Assembly: GCA_023898605.1 (NCBI GenBank)
Contig: CP060230.1
Coordinates: 530,444-594,443, forward strand
DNA length: 64,000 nucleotides
Direction of reading: 5' to 3'
Source of the DNA: Candidatus Nomurabacteria bacterium
GTDB lineage: Bacteria; Patescibacteriota; Minisyncoccia; Phycocordibacterales; UBA9973
This document shows, in pieces, positions 26,367 to 36,384 of this stretch; position 1 is the first letter of the stretch, and the number at the start of each line of letters is the position of its first letter. The notes beneath the pieces were generated by a model, which saw only the letters and a list, made by a program, of their open reading frames with translations, had not been told where the DNA came from and searched no databases. Position numbers and translations under genes: made by a program.

Positions 26367-27692
26367 GTTTGCGATCATGAATCTGGCTGACTGACCATTT
26401 TCTGTTCGGATGAAGTATATCCCGGGCAGGTAATCAGATGTATTCAAGGTTCCTGAACTAACTTTTTCTAAAAGTTTTCCTTCTAGTGTATAGATAGTTC
26501 CAATCCCCATTAACCCACTGATTTCAAGATGATCATTTGCCGGGTTTGGATAAAGATACAATAAATTTGCATCCTTTTGATCTTCAACAGACGTAAAAGT
26601 ATTGTAAGTATCTTTCAATACCCAGATATCTCCCAACTCGTAGGAGTATTCTTGGACTTCTTCGTCAGTTGCACAGCGTAAGCCGCCTCCGAAAGTTTGC
26701 TTTGCAACAAGCCACGTATATCCTTTTGTAAAGATAACATGACAATTGCCTCCACCTCCAATCTTTGCACCCCTTTGGTCGATGAATTCGGTCCAGTCTT
26801 TGACATTGTTTGAGAACAATATCTCAGACAGCTCGTCACCGTTTCCAGGATCTTCGGTGGTTATGTAAAGAGTTTCTCCATCGGGACTATTGTATAAGTC
26901 TTCGATATCACCGAAACTTCCAAGCATGTCTTCCGAATAGTTTACATACCACCCGGCATTTGACTGTTGGTATACACCGCCACCGCTCATTCCAGCTGCA
27001 ACTGTTAGTTTACCTTGGAAGAGTTTCATGTCGAGGATCTCGATATACTCGAGAGGCCAGCCTTCCCACTCTTCACTTGCTGAAAGATCTACAAACTCTT
27101 GCGAGATGAGATCAAACTTCAGAAATGATTCGTAGTGATGGTTTTCACCGCCGATGAAAAGGTAGTCACCTTTTTGTTCGAGACACCTTACCAACGTTCC
27201 ATAAGGAAGAATGGTTGTAGTGTCTACTCCGTCCCAGAGTAATATTCTGGACCTAAATCCAAAAGTATTATCATAAGGGAGTTCTTGAACAAACAAGCAA
27301 TAACCTCTCTCTTCGTCAGCAAAGCCAAACGAAATGAAACCTTCGATACCAAATACCAAAGCCCTTGTTCCGAGAGTGAAAACTCCACCTTCTCCGAAGG
27401 TGTATTTCTCACCCTGAAAATCCAGGATCCCGTGAGTACCGTCTTTGACGGACCCCGAAAGGATGTCGTCGCCATCGAGCACAAACGCGCCATCTACAGG
27501 CATACCATTAACGTTGGTGATGTTTTTGCCGAAGCAAACAACACTGCCATCATCTTGTGTATATTGACCGTAAATGTAGGCATCGTCGTTGATCATGCCG
27601 ACAAGATTCATGTAACCCTGCACCGTTGGTGCTTGTGGGTATGCGATCGCTACTACCAGCAGCGAAAGCATCAAAAAGATGAGTTTTTTCAT
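26364..27692 (-). CDS. Secreted protein with Bacteroidetes-type T9SS C-terminal sorting domain
   Basis: Signal peptide MKKLIFLMLSLLVVAIAYPQ. The C-terminus LYPNPANDHLEISG...IYTLEGKLL....LPGIYFIRTENGQSARFMIAN matches the Por/T9SS CTD consensus. Local GC is visibly higher than the flanks. Confidence 0.65.
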   Translation of the reverse strand: MKKLIFLMLSLLVVAIAYPQAPTVQGYMNLVGMINDDAYIYGQYTQDDGSVVCFGKNITNVNGMPVDGAFVLDGDDILSGSVKDGTHGILDFQGEKYTFGEGGVFTLGTRALVFGIEGFISFGFADEERGYCLFVQELPYDNTFGFRSRILLWDGVDTTTILPYGTLVRCLEQKGDYLFIGGENHHYESFLKFDLISQEFVDLSASEEWEGWPLEYIEILDMKLFQGKLTVAAGMSGGGVYQQSNAGWYVNYSEDMLGSFGDIEDLYNSPDGETLYITTEDPGNGDELSEILFSNNVKDWTEFIDQRGAKIGGGGNCHVIFTKGYTWLVAKQTFGGGLRCATDEEVQEYSYELGDIWVLKDTYNTFTSVEDQKDANLLYLYPNPANDHLEISGLMGIGTIYTLEGKLLEKVSSGTLNTSDYLPGIYFIRTENGQSARFMIAN

Positions 27693-27834
27693 TGCTGATA
27701 GTTTTGTTTAACAAAGTTCTTCTGACTCTATAAAACTATTTTTTACTCCAAATGTCAAGCAAATTAAGGATTATTTTCCACAACACCACAAAATAAGGCA
27801 AAAAAAGGCCTTTTTGTGGTAAAATTAGCCGGTA

Positions 27835-28125
27835 ATGAATGAAATAGACTATTTCAACACATACAGGATGACCAACCCAGCTCAGTTTATAGAAAGGTTA
27901 GACCTAACAAATCTAGACAATATATATCTATCTCCGACAGTGATTTGGCCAGCATTTTTGCTTTTGGTTTGCTTTGTCGGCGTTATTTCTGTGGCGATAC
28001 TGTTTCACTGGTTTATGTATTCTAGGAGTAAGTTTTGGCCACTTGTGTTTTCTGGAGTGTATTTGTTTGGAGTTCTGACTTCTCTTGGATTTTTGTTAAG
28101 TGTTTTGAATAGATTTTTTATATGA
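27835..28125 (+). CDS. Small membrane protein (hypothetical)
   Basis: Two TM helices. Confidence 0.4.
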   Translation: MNEIDYFNTYRMTNPAQFIERLDLTNLDNIYLSPTVIWPAFLLLVCFVGVISVAILFHWFMYSRSKFWPLVFSGVYLFGVLTSLGFLLSVLNRFFI

Positions 28126-28652
28126 GAAAAATATTTTTTGAAAAAGAAGAAAGGGTGATCAAAACAGTAAGAAGAAGCCTGATAATTTTCTCTTTTCAGG
28201 TGTTTGGTTTTGTTTTGCTTATGATTTTGCCACTTCTAGTTGCGTATTTCTTCAAAATGTACCTTTCTTCTTATGTAACTATAGGTACAGAGTCTGATCT
28301 TATAGGTTTGTGGAGAATATTTCTCGGTATATGGTTTTTGTTTTTATGGGTGGGACTTTCTCTCAAGTTTACAAACTACTTTTTGGACATATGGATAGTC
28401 ACTGACAAGAGAATAATAGATGTAGATCAAAAAGCGCTCTTCAATAGAAGAGTTGTATATATGAATCTAGATAGAATCCAAGATGTAAGTGTAGAAACAA
28501 AGGGTCTTCTAAGAACAATTTTCAAAGTTGGAGATGTTCATGTCCAAACAGCGGGTGCAGAAACAAACTTTGTCATAAAAGATGCGAGATCTCCGAGCTC
28601 TGTCAAAGAAGCTATTTTGAAAGCAAGCGCAGAGTTTGGTAAAAATGAATAA
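28122..28652 (+). CDS. Membrane protein with bacterial PH-like (YdbS/YdbT-type) domain
   Basis: Two N-terminal TM helices, then a ~100-aa domain (IWIVTDKRIIDVD....VHVQTAG). Confidence 0.45.
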   Translation: MRKIFFEKEERVIKTVRRSLIIFSFQVFGFVLLMILPLLVAYFFKMYLSSYVTIGTESDLIGLWRIFLGIWFLFLWVGLSLKFTNYFLDIWIVTDKRIIDVDQKALFNRRVVYMNLDRIQDVSVETKGLLRTIFKVGDVHVQTAGAETNFVIKDARSPSSVKEAILKASAEFGKNE

Positions 28653-28703
28653 AACTGGAAATATTGTAGCGAAGATTTAATTTTATCGTGTTATAATTTA
28701 GCC

Positions 28704-30455
28704 ATGCGCATAAAAGATGCAGACCTAAAAAGATTCATACTAGATTCAGGACTTCTTTCTGAGAAAGATCTAAAAGCCGCCGAGGGAATCGCAAAAGAAA
28801 AAGAAATAACTCTGAATGAAGCACTTCTAACTCAAGGCAAAATCTCCGAAAATAATCTAAGAAGGATGCAAGCATATGTTTTGGGTATACCTTTTGTTTC
28901 TCTTGTTGGTCAAAAGGTTGATTTCAAGATTCTTTCTATGATTCCGGAGCCGATTGCTAGAAAGAACAACATAATCGCCTACAAAAAATCTGGCGAAGAA
29001 CTAGAAGTGGCTATGCTAGACACAGATGAGCTTCCAGTTATCGACTTTGTTAGGAAAAAGACTGGCCTAAAGATTGTTCCCAGGCTTAGTGATGAAGCAT
29101 CTATCAAGGACGCACTTTTGCAATACAAAAAATCTCTAAAGGCAGAGTTCGACGACATCATCCAAAAAGAAGCGATGTCACTAAAAGCAATCAAAGAAGA
29201 CGCTGGTGACGATGTTTCAGAAAAAGATTTGAAAGAAATGGCGGAAGATCTACCTATCGTCAAAATCGTCGACACGCTCATTTCTCACGCGATTTTGCAA
29301 GGAGCGTCTGACATACACATAGAACCAGGAGAATACGAGCTCGTTGTTAGATATAGAATAGACGGTATCCTTCACGATGCAATGAAACTTCCAAAAGAGT
29401 CTGCTGCAGGTATAACTGCAAGAATAAAAGTTCTTTCGAACTTGAAACTAGACGAGAAGAGACTTCCGCAAGACGGAAGATTCAAGATAAACACTGATGA
29501 CCAAAAAGTTTCTTTCCGTGTATCTACACTTCCTACTTACTTTGGAGAGAAAACCGTTATGCGTCTTTTGAGAGAGTCTAGTAAGGGATTTACTCTAGAG
29601 GGTCTTGGATTCCATGGACTTGGTCTTGAGAGAATACACGAAGGTATGAAGCAACACACAGGGATGCTTCTTGCTGCCGGTCCAACTGGTTCTGGTAAAA
29701 CCACAACACTATATACAATGCTCGACATGCTAAACACTCCCGACGTAAACATTTCGACAGTAGAAGACCCTATCGAGTATCAGATGCCGAGAATCAACCA
29801 AACTCAAGTAAAGTCTGAAATTGGTATGACATTTGCAAACGGACTTCGTGCGCTTTTGAGACAAGACCCAGACATAATCATGGTGGGTGAGATTCGAGAT
29901 GGAGAAACAGCTTCTTTGGGTATCAACGCATCTTTGACAGGACACCTTGTGCTTTCAACTATCCACACAAACTCTGCTGCTGGTGCCGTGCCGAGACTTA
30001 TAGACATGGGAGCGGAGTCTTTTTTGATCGTTTCTACTCTAAAAACTGTTATTGCTCAGAGACTTGTTAGAAGACTTTGCCAAGACAAAGAAAAATATAT
30101 ACCTTCAAAAGAAGAACTTGCTGCAGTTTCGAAAATAGCAAATCTAGATAGGATTCTAGAGGTTCTAAAAGAAGAAAAGATAGTTGGTGAAAAAGATGAT
30201 TGGACAACTATACCGTTTTATAGAGCCAAAGAGTCTGGCGAGTGCCCAGATGGATATAGTGGCCGAGTCGGAATACACGAAATACTTAAAATAAGCCCAG
30301 CTATAAAAGAAATAATAATAAAAGACGGGTCACCTGACGAGATAGAAGCCAAGGCAAAAGAAGAGGGCATGATAACAATGTTAGAAGACGGTGTAGTCAA
30401 AGCTGCTCAAGGTATAACTTCTCTAGAAGAAGTTCTAAGAGTTGTTTCAGAATAA
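28704..30455 (+). CDS. pilB: Type IV pilus assembly ATPase PilB/GspE family
   Basis: Walker A GPTGSGKTTT and the GspE N-terminal domain. Confidence 0.9.
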   Translation: MRIKDADLKRFILDSGLLSEKDLKAAEGIAKEKEITLNEALLTQGKISENNLRRMQAYVLGIPFVSLVGQKVDFKILSMIPEPIARKNNIIAYKKSGEELEVAMLDTDELPVIDFVRKKTGLKIVPRLSDEASIKDALLQYKKSLKAEFDDIIQKEAMSLKAIKEDAGDDVSEKDLKEMAEDLPIVKIVDTLISHAILQGASDIHIEPGEYELVVRYRIDGILHDAMKLPKESAAGITARIKVLSNLKLDEKRLPQDGRFKINTDDQKVSFRVSTLPTYFGEKTVMRLLRESSKGFTLEGLGFHGLGLERIHEGMKQHTGMLLAAGPTGSGKTTTLYTMLDMLNTPDVNISTVEDPIEYQMPRINQTQVKSEIGMTFANGLRALLRQDPDIIMVGEIRDGETASLGINASLTGHLVLSTIHTNSAAGAVPRLIDMGAESFLIVSTLKTVIAQRLVRRLCQDKEKYIPSKEELAAVSKIANLDRILEVLKEEKIVGEKDDWTTIPFYRAKESGECPDGYSGRVGIHEILKISPAIKEIIIKDGSPDEIEAKAKEEGMITMLEDGVVKAAQGITSLEEVLRVVSE

Positions 30456-31677
30456 AAATATGAATTTTAATTACGAAGGAATCACAAAAGATAAAGGAAG
30501 AGTAAAAGGGACAATAGAGTCTCCAGATAAGTTCAATGCCGCAAAAGATCTCCGAGAGAAGGGAATAACAGTGCTTTCTCTTGAACCAAAATCTGAAAAG
30601 AAGGGGTCTTCTATCCTAGACCTTCTTCCTTTTGGAAAAATAAAACTAGCTGAAAAAATACTTTTCACCAGAAACCTTTCTGGGATGATTTCTGCCGGAC
30701 TTTCTCTGTCTAGAGCACTTCAGGTTTTAGAAAAGCAAACAGAAAATAAAAAAATGAGAGAAGTTTTGAGATTTCTTATAGATGAAATAGATAAGGGAGG
30801 TACACTTTCTGACGGTATGGCAAAAAATCCAAAAGTTTTCTCAGCGATTTTTGTCTCTATGGTTAGAGCAGGTGAAGAGTCTGGAGCACTTTCCAATGCA
30901 CTAAAAGAAGTTGGACTAAACCTTCAGAAGGCTTATGACCTAAACAAAAAAGTAAAAGGTGCGATGACGTATCCATCTATTATTTTGGGGGCAATAGTTT
31001 TGGTTGGAGTTTTGATGATGATATTTGTTGTACCCTCTATTACAAAAACTTTCGTCGAGCTTGGAATTGATCTTCCCACATCAACACAGTTCATCATATT
31101 TATGAGTGAACTCTTCCAAAACTACGCGATATTTGTGTTTATGGGATTGGGTCTAGTTGTTTTTGGAGTTATGTATTTTGTAAAAAGAACACCAAAACTT
31201 AAAAAGATTTTTCATAAAATCATATTGAAGATACCTGTCATAGGTCTTATCGCAAGACAGGTCAATTCCGCCAGAACAACCAGAACCATGTCCTCTCTTC
31301 TTTCTGCTGGTGTTTCTGTTACAAAAGCTTTGGAGATTACAAAAGAGGTTCTTCAAAATACAGAGTTTAAAAACGTTATAGACGAATCAATTGCTTCTGT
31401 TCAGAAGGGTGTAGCTTTGTCAGAAGTTTTCAAAAAGTATCCAAAACTTTATCCCGTCATGGTTAGTGAAATGATGGAAGTTGGAGAAGAAACAGGAAAC
31501 TTTGCTTCTATGCTTATGGACATAGCTGTTTTCTACGAAGAAGAAGTAGATGCCAAGACAAAAAACCTTTCAACAATTATCGAACCTGTTCTTATGATAT
31601 TTATTGGTGGAGCTGTGGGGTTCTTTGCACTATCTATGATAACTCCTATGTATTCCATTTTGGACACAATCGGTTAA
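30442..31677 (+). CDS. pilC: Type IV pilus assembly platform protein PilC/GspF family
   Basis: Two GspF repeats and multi-TM topology. The likely start is MNFNYEG. Confidence 0.85.
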   Translation: MFQNKNMNFNYEGITKDKGRVKGTIESPDKFNAAKDLREKGITVLSLEPKSEKKGSSILDLLPFGKIKLAEKILFTRNLSGMISAGLSLSRALQVLEKQTENKKMREVLRFLIDEIDKGGTLSDGMAKNPKVFSAIFVSMVRAGEESGALSNALKEVGLNLQKAYDLNKKVKGAMTYPSIILGAIVLVGVLMMIFVVPSITKTFVELGIDLPTSTQFIIFMSELFQNYAIFVFMGLGLVVFGVMYFVKRTPKLKKIFHKIILKIPVIGLIARQVNSARTTRTMSSLLSAGVSVTKALEITKEVLQNTEFKNVIDESIASVQKGVALSEVFKKYPKLYPVMVSEMMEVGEETGNFASMLMDIAVFYEEEVDAKTKNLSTIIEPVLMIFIGGAVGFFALSMITPMYSILDTIG

Positions 31678-31687
31678 AATTAGAATA

Positions 31688-33499
31688 ATGGTTTTTAACC
31701 AAAAAAATAAAAAGTTTTATAGCAAAGGAACGACTTTGATTGAAACGCTTATTGCCGTCGCTTTTTTTGTTGGTGTTTCGACTGCAATCTACGGTGTGTA
31801 TGGAAAAATACTAGAACTTACTCGCGTTGCTAGAATGCGAGATATTATCGCGACTACAGCAAATGAATATATAGAAATAATCAGAAATCTTCCTTATGCC
31901 GATGTTGGTGTAGAGGGTGGAGTTCCAGACGGGGTCATACCCTACCAGCAAAATATAACCAGAAATGGTTACACTATGAGAATACAGACTTTTATAGAAA
32001 ATGTTGATCAAGATTTTGACGGAACTGTTGGTGGTACTCCAAACGACGACATGCCAGCTGACGCAAAACTTGTCGAGATAAGGGTTCAGTGTATAGAATG
32101 TGATACTTATTACAATACGATGGCTTTTACAGCACTTATTTCTCCTAAAAATATGGAGTTTGATACAAACAGTGGAGCGCTTTACGTGTATGTCATAGAT
32201 GCCAATGGTGACCCTCTCCCAAATATAGATTTAGATATAGATAATGCTTCAGAGTCTATAAGTATAAACGATCAAACTGGGGCCGATGGTGTGTACAAGG
32301 TTATAGGTGCACCATCTGGAACAAGAAAATATAGAATACAGGCCACGAAATCCGGGTATACTTTCGACAGTACGTATCTAAAGTCAAACCTTGGCGGCTC
32401 TACTCCGGTTCTTCCACACGCCTCTGTAATTGATCAAGAAATTACATCTATAACAATGGTTGTAGACAGGGTCAGTAACATACAGTTTTCATCTGTTGAT
32501 GAAGACTGCAACGCTATTGGTGCTTTTGACTTTCAACTTACGGGTGAAAAACTTTTGGGTACTAATCCGACATATTTGAAATATAATCAATCTCTCGTTA
32601 CAAACGCCTCTGGGATAAAAAATCTTTCAAATGTTGAGTGGGACACATATTCTGTTACTTCTATAGACTCTGTATATGACCTTATAGGATCAAACCCTCT
32701 TCTCGAGTTTTCTGTCTCACCAAACTCTACTCAAAGTATGCAATTGGTAGTAGCACCAAAAGATCAGCCTACACTACTAGTTAGTGTAAAAGATGGAAGT
32801 ACTGGCCTTGCACTTTCTGACGTAACGGTAGATATAGACGACGGTGCGGGTTATACGGACAGTGCTATAACTGGTAAGGGATCAAAGAGTCAGACAGACT
32901 GGTCTGGTTCTTCTGGTGTGGCTACCTCTGTTCCAGATGGAGTAGATTACTTTTCTTCAGACAGCAACTTGGAACTTAGAAGTCCAGAAGGTGATATGAA
33001 ACTAAGATATCAAGGTGGAGTGTATCTATCTTCTGGTTATCTTATTTCTTCTACTTATGATACTGGTTCCGCAAGTAATTTTAGTGAAATAACATGGAAC
33101 CCATATACTCAGCCAGCTGAAGCTGGGGCGGCAAGTAGTGTTAGATTCCAGATAGCTACAAACAATGACTATACAACTTGGAATTTCTTGGGACCAGATG
33201 GAACAAACGCCACTTACTATACATATGGAGATCAAGCGATCTCTTCCGTACACAACGGGGATAGATATTTGAGATATAAAGTTTATCTATCTACTGACAA
33301 TACTGCTTATACGCCGACAGTTTCTGATATAGGTTTTACATATACAACTAACTGTACACCTCCTGGACAAGTAGTCTTCCAAAGTATTCCAACTGGAAAT
33401 TACACGATAACTTCATCCAAGACTGACTATAATACTGACATATTATCTTTTACAGTTGGTTCGACGTGGCAACAAGCAGAAGTAACACTTACAGAATAA
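31688..33499 (+). CDS. Giant prepilin-type protein (N-terminal GTTLIETLIAVAF methylation motif)
   Basis: Class III signal-like N-terminus, then a ~570-aa extracellular region. Confidence 0.6.
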   Translation: MVFNQKNKKFYSKGTTLIETLIAVAFFVGVSTAIYGVYGKILELTRVARMRDIIATTANEYIEIIRNLPYADVGVEGGVPDGVIPYQQNITRNGYTMRIQTFIENVDQDFDGTVGGTPNDDMPADAKLVEIRVQCIECDTYYNTMAFTALISPKNMEFDTNSGALYVYVIDANGDPLPNIDLDIDNASESISINDQTGADGVYKVIGAPSGTRKYRIQATKSGYTFDSTYLKSNLGGSTPVLPHASVIDQEITSITMVVDRVSNIQFSSVDEDCNAIGAFDFQLTGEKLLGTNPTYLKYNQSLVTNASGIKNLSNVEWDTYSVTSIDSVYDLIGSNPLLEFSVSPNSTQSMQLVVAPKDQPTLLVSVKDGSTGLALSDVTVDIDDGAGYTDSAITGKGSKSQTDWSGSSGVATSVPDGVDYFSSDSNLELRSPEGDMKLRYQGGVYLSSGYLISSTYDTGSASNFSEITWNPYTQPAEAGAASSVRFQIATNNDYTTWNFLGPDGTNATYYTYGDQAISSVHNGDRYLRYKVYLSTDNTAYTPTVSDIGFTYTTNCTPPGQVVFQSIPTGNYTITSSKTDYNTDILSFTVGSTWQQAEVTLTE

Positions 33500-33500
33500 T

Positions 33501-34115
33501 ATGAAAAGAGTTCACAATAAAAATTTACAAAAAGGTTTTACGTTGGCAGAAACAATTGTGACCTTGGCGGTTGTAGGTCTTATTGTTGCCAGTGTTGCGG
33601 CTTTCCAAGCAAACGTTTTCTCTTTCACTAGAACATTTAATGCTGGGCTTAGTGCGGCAGATCATGCAAGAAGGGTACTCAAGCCTATTTCCAACGAACT
33701 TCGCGCAGCAGAAACTTCTGAAGTTGGTAATTATGCTATTTCAGAAGGAACAGCCACTTCGGTTACTTTCTTCTCAGATATAGATTCTGATGATGTTGCA
33801 GAAATGGTCAGATATTATCTGGATGGTACTGATATAAAAAAAGAAGTTACTGAACCAGCTGAAAACCCATATGATTATAACAGTGGAACAACAGAGACAA
33901 TTACTATAATAAGAGGTGTGACAAATAGTGATATATTTTATTATTATGATACAGATTATGACGGAACAACTAGCGCGCTTACTTTTCCTATAACTGTTAC
34001 AGATGCGAGACTTATAAAAATAAGCTTAACAATAGACGAAGATCCTCAGAAAGATCCACCACCATTATCAATAGTTACAGAGGTTTCTTTTAGAAACTTG
34101 AAAGATAATTATTAA
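33501..34115 (+). CDS. Prepilin-type (pseudopilin) protein (GFTLAETIVTLAVVGLIV)
   Basis: Canonical G-F-T-L-x-E N-terminus. Confidence 0.6.
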   Translation: MKRVHNKNLQKGFTLAETIVTLAVVGLIVASVAAFQANVFSFTRTFNAGLSAADHARRVLKPISNELRAAETSEVGNYAISEGTATSVTFFSDIDSDDVAEMVRYYLDGTDIKKEVTEPAENPYDYNSGTTETITIIRGVTNSDIFYYYDTDYDGTTSALTFPITVTDARLIKISLTIDEDPQKDPPPLSIVTEVSFRNLKDNY

Positions 34116-34120
34116 TCTTT

Positions 34121-35602
34121 ATGAAATTGATTAACTCAAAAAATAAAAAAGGATCTCTTCTCTTAGGCGTTGTATTTTTTTCTGCTATTTCTATATCGCT
34201 TGTCACTGCTTTTATAGGGTGGTCAGTTTCTCTTTCTAGGGTTTCAAATACTGTTCTAGACAAAGAACAAGCTTTTCAAATAGCCGACGCAGGAATCGAT
34301 TATTATAGATGGCACTTAGCCCATGACCCAGATGATTTTCAAGATGGTACAGGTACATCTGGACCATATGTTCATGTTTTTTATAACAGAAACGATATAG
34401 CAATAGGCGAGTTTAGTTTAGATATAACTGCTCCCTCAGAAGGGTCAAATCTTGTAACAATAACTTCTACTGGTTCTATATATGATAATCCAGATGCAAC
34501 AAGATCAATTCAGGCAAAACTCGCTATACCTTCTTTTGCGCAGTGGGCTGTTGTTTCCAATGATAATTTGAAGTTTGATGAGGGGACAGAAGTTTATGGT
34601 CCGATTCATTCAAATCAGGGAGTTAGAATGGATGGTATTGCATATAACATAGTAACTAGTTCCGTTTCTGATTATGATGACCCAGACCATGATGGTGATA
34701 ATGAATTCGCTGTACACACTCATGTAAAACCACCACCAGAAACAGGTACATATGATGATGCCCTAGGTTCTGTTGCTGCAGAGACACCCCCGGCAACTAT
34801 GGCAGACAGAACAGATGTTTTTTCTGCTGGTAGAGAATTCCCTACAACAACCGCAGATTTTGTTGGCATGAGTGGAGATTTTTCAGAAATGAAAACAGCT
34901 TCTCAGACGAACGGCTCATATCTATCTTCTAGTGGTGCATATGGATATAGAATACAGTTAAAAACTGACGGAACGTATGATTTATATAGAGTTGCAAAAC
35001 TGGTACAGCAAAGCGGGTCTTGTATTGATCCAGGAAACCAAGATGGTTGGGATTTGTGGAGCATAAAAACAACTGGAGGTGAAACGTTTATTGATAATTA
35101 TGACGTGCCAGCTGATGGAATAATCTTTGTTGAAGATGATGTTTGGGTTAGCGGGCAAGTAGATAGATATAGAGTAACTATAGTCGCGGCAACTTTTCCA
35201 GACGTGCCATCAGATAGAAAAAATATAATTATAAATAACGATCTTACTTATACAAATTATGACGGACAAGACGCAATAGGTTTGATAGCTCAAGACAATA
35301 TAAACATAGGACTTAGATCAGCTGACCACCTAAGGATAGACGGAGCTCTTATTGCACAAAATGGAAGAATAGGTAGATATTATTATTCTGATCAGTGTAC
35401 TTCGTATTATGCTCGTGACGAGCTTACACTTTTTGGTGCTATTGCCACATATGGAGCTCATGAGTTTTATTATGATGACGGATCTGGTTATGCCGCCATA
35501 TCTATAAATTACGACTCAAACCTTCTTTATGGACCGCCTCCATATTTTCCTCTTGCAGATGAGGCCTATTCCACAGTTTCTTGGAAAGAAGTCGCAAATT
35601 AG
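34121..35602 (+). CDS. Pilus-associated protein with N-terminal hydrophobic anchor (PilX/minor pilin-like)
   Basis: N-terminal TM and operon context only. Confidence 0.4.
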   Translation: MKLINSKNKKGSLLLGVVFFSAISISLVTAFIGWSVSLSRVSNTVLDKEQAFQIADAGIDYYRWHLAHDPDDFQDGTGTSGPYVHVFYNRNDIAIGEFSLDITAPSEGSNLVTITSTGSIYDNPDATRSIQAKLAIPSFAQWAVVSNDNLKFDEGTEVYGPIHSNQGVRMDGIAYNIVTSSVSDYDDPDHDGDNEFAVHTHVKPPPETGTYDDALGSVAAETPPATMADRTDVFSAGREFPTTTADFVGMSGDFSEMKTASQTNGSYLSSSGAYGYRIQLKTDGTYDLYRVAKLVQQSGSCIDPGNQDGWDLWSIKTTGGETFIDNYDVPADGIIFVEDDVWVSGQVDRYRVTIVAATFPDVPSDRKNIIINNDLTYTNYDGQDAIGLIAQDNINIGLRSADHLRIDGALIAQNGRIGRYYYSDQCTSYYARDELTLFGAIATYGAHEFYYDDGSGYAAISINYDSNLLYGPPPYFPLADEAYSTVSWKEVAN

Positions 35603-35628
35603 TGTCTCGTTTTGTGTATAATTAGTAC

Positions 35629-36381
35629 ATGAAAACAGAAAAAATCCTCGTAGTTGCCAACTGGAAAGCAAATCCTGAGTCAAAAAAAGAAGCTGAAAAA
35701 TTAGCCAAAGGTCTATCAAAAAACTGGAAATCTAGAGATTCTAAAAACAAAGATTATGTTATTTGTCCTCCAGCTATATTTCTAGATGTTGTGGCAAAAA
35801 ATCTCCCTAGAGGTGCTGCTTTGGGTGTACAAGACCTATATTTCGACAAGTCTGGTGCGCACACTGCAATGATTACACCGCCAATGGCAAAAAGTATAGG
35901 TGCTAATTATAGTATTGTTGGTCACTCAGAAATGAGGGCCTCTATCGATACACATGAATCTATAAACAAAAAAGTTAATTTTATAATCTCATCTTCTATG
36001 ACGCCTATTTTATGTATAGGAGAAAATGATCGAGATGAAAACGGATTTTATTTGAAAGAAGTTTCTGACCAAATAACTAGTGCGCTATATGGTATTTCGA
36101 AGAAAAGTCTTTCTTCTCTCATCATCGCATATGAGCCAGTTTGGGCTATAGGTAGTGGCGCAAAAAGAGAGGCAACACCGAAAGAGTGCCAAGAAATGGT
36201 TATCTTTATAAGAAAAATAATTAGAGATCTTTATGATGCTGATTCTTCAAAAAAAGTAAAAATAATATATGGTGGTTCAGTAAATGAAGAAAACTCCGCA
36301 TCTTACATAGAAGATGGTATGGCAGAAGGATTTTTAGTTGGAAGAGTTAGTCTTGATCCAAAAAGATTTTTGAGTTTGTAA
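35629..36381 (+). CDS. tpiA: Triosephosphate isomerase
   Basis: ANWKAN, VGHSE.R and YEPVWAIGSG motifs. Confidence 0.85.
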   Translation: MKTEKILVVANWKANPESKKEAEKLAKGLSKNWKSRDSKNKDYVICPPAIFLDVVAKNLPRGAALGVQDLYFDKSGAHTAMITPPMAKSIGANYSIVGHSEMRASIDTHESINKKVNFIISSSMTPILCIGENDRDENGFYLKEVSDQITSALYGISKKSLSSLIIAYEPVWAIGSGAKREATPKECQEMVIFIRKIIRDLYDADSSKKVKIIYGGSVNEENSASYIEDGMAEGFLVGRVSLDPKRFLSL

Positions 36382-36384
36382 AAT

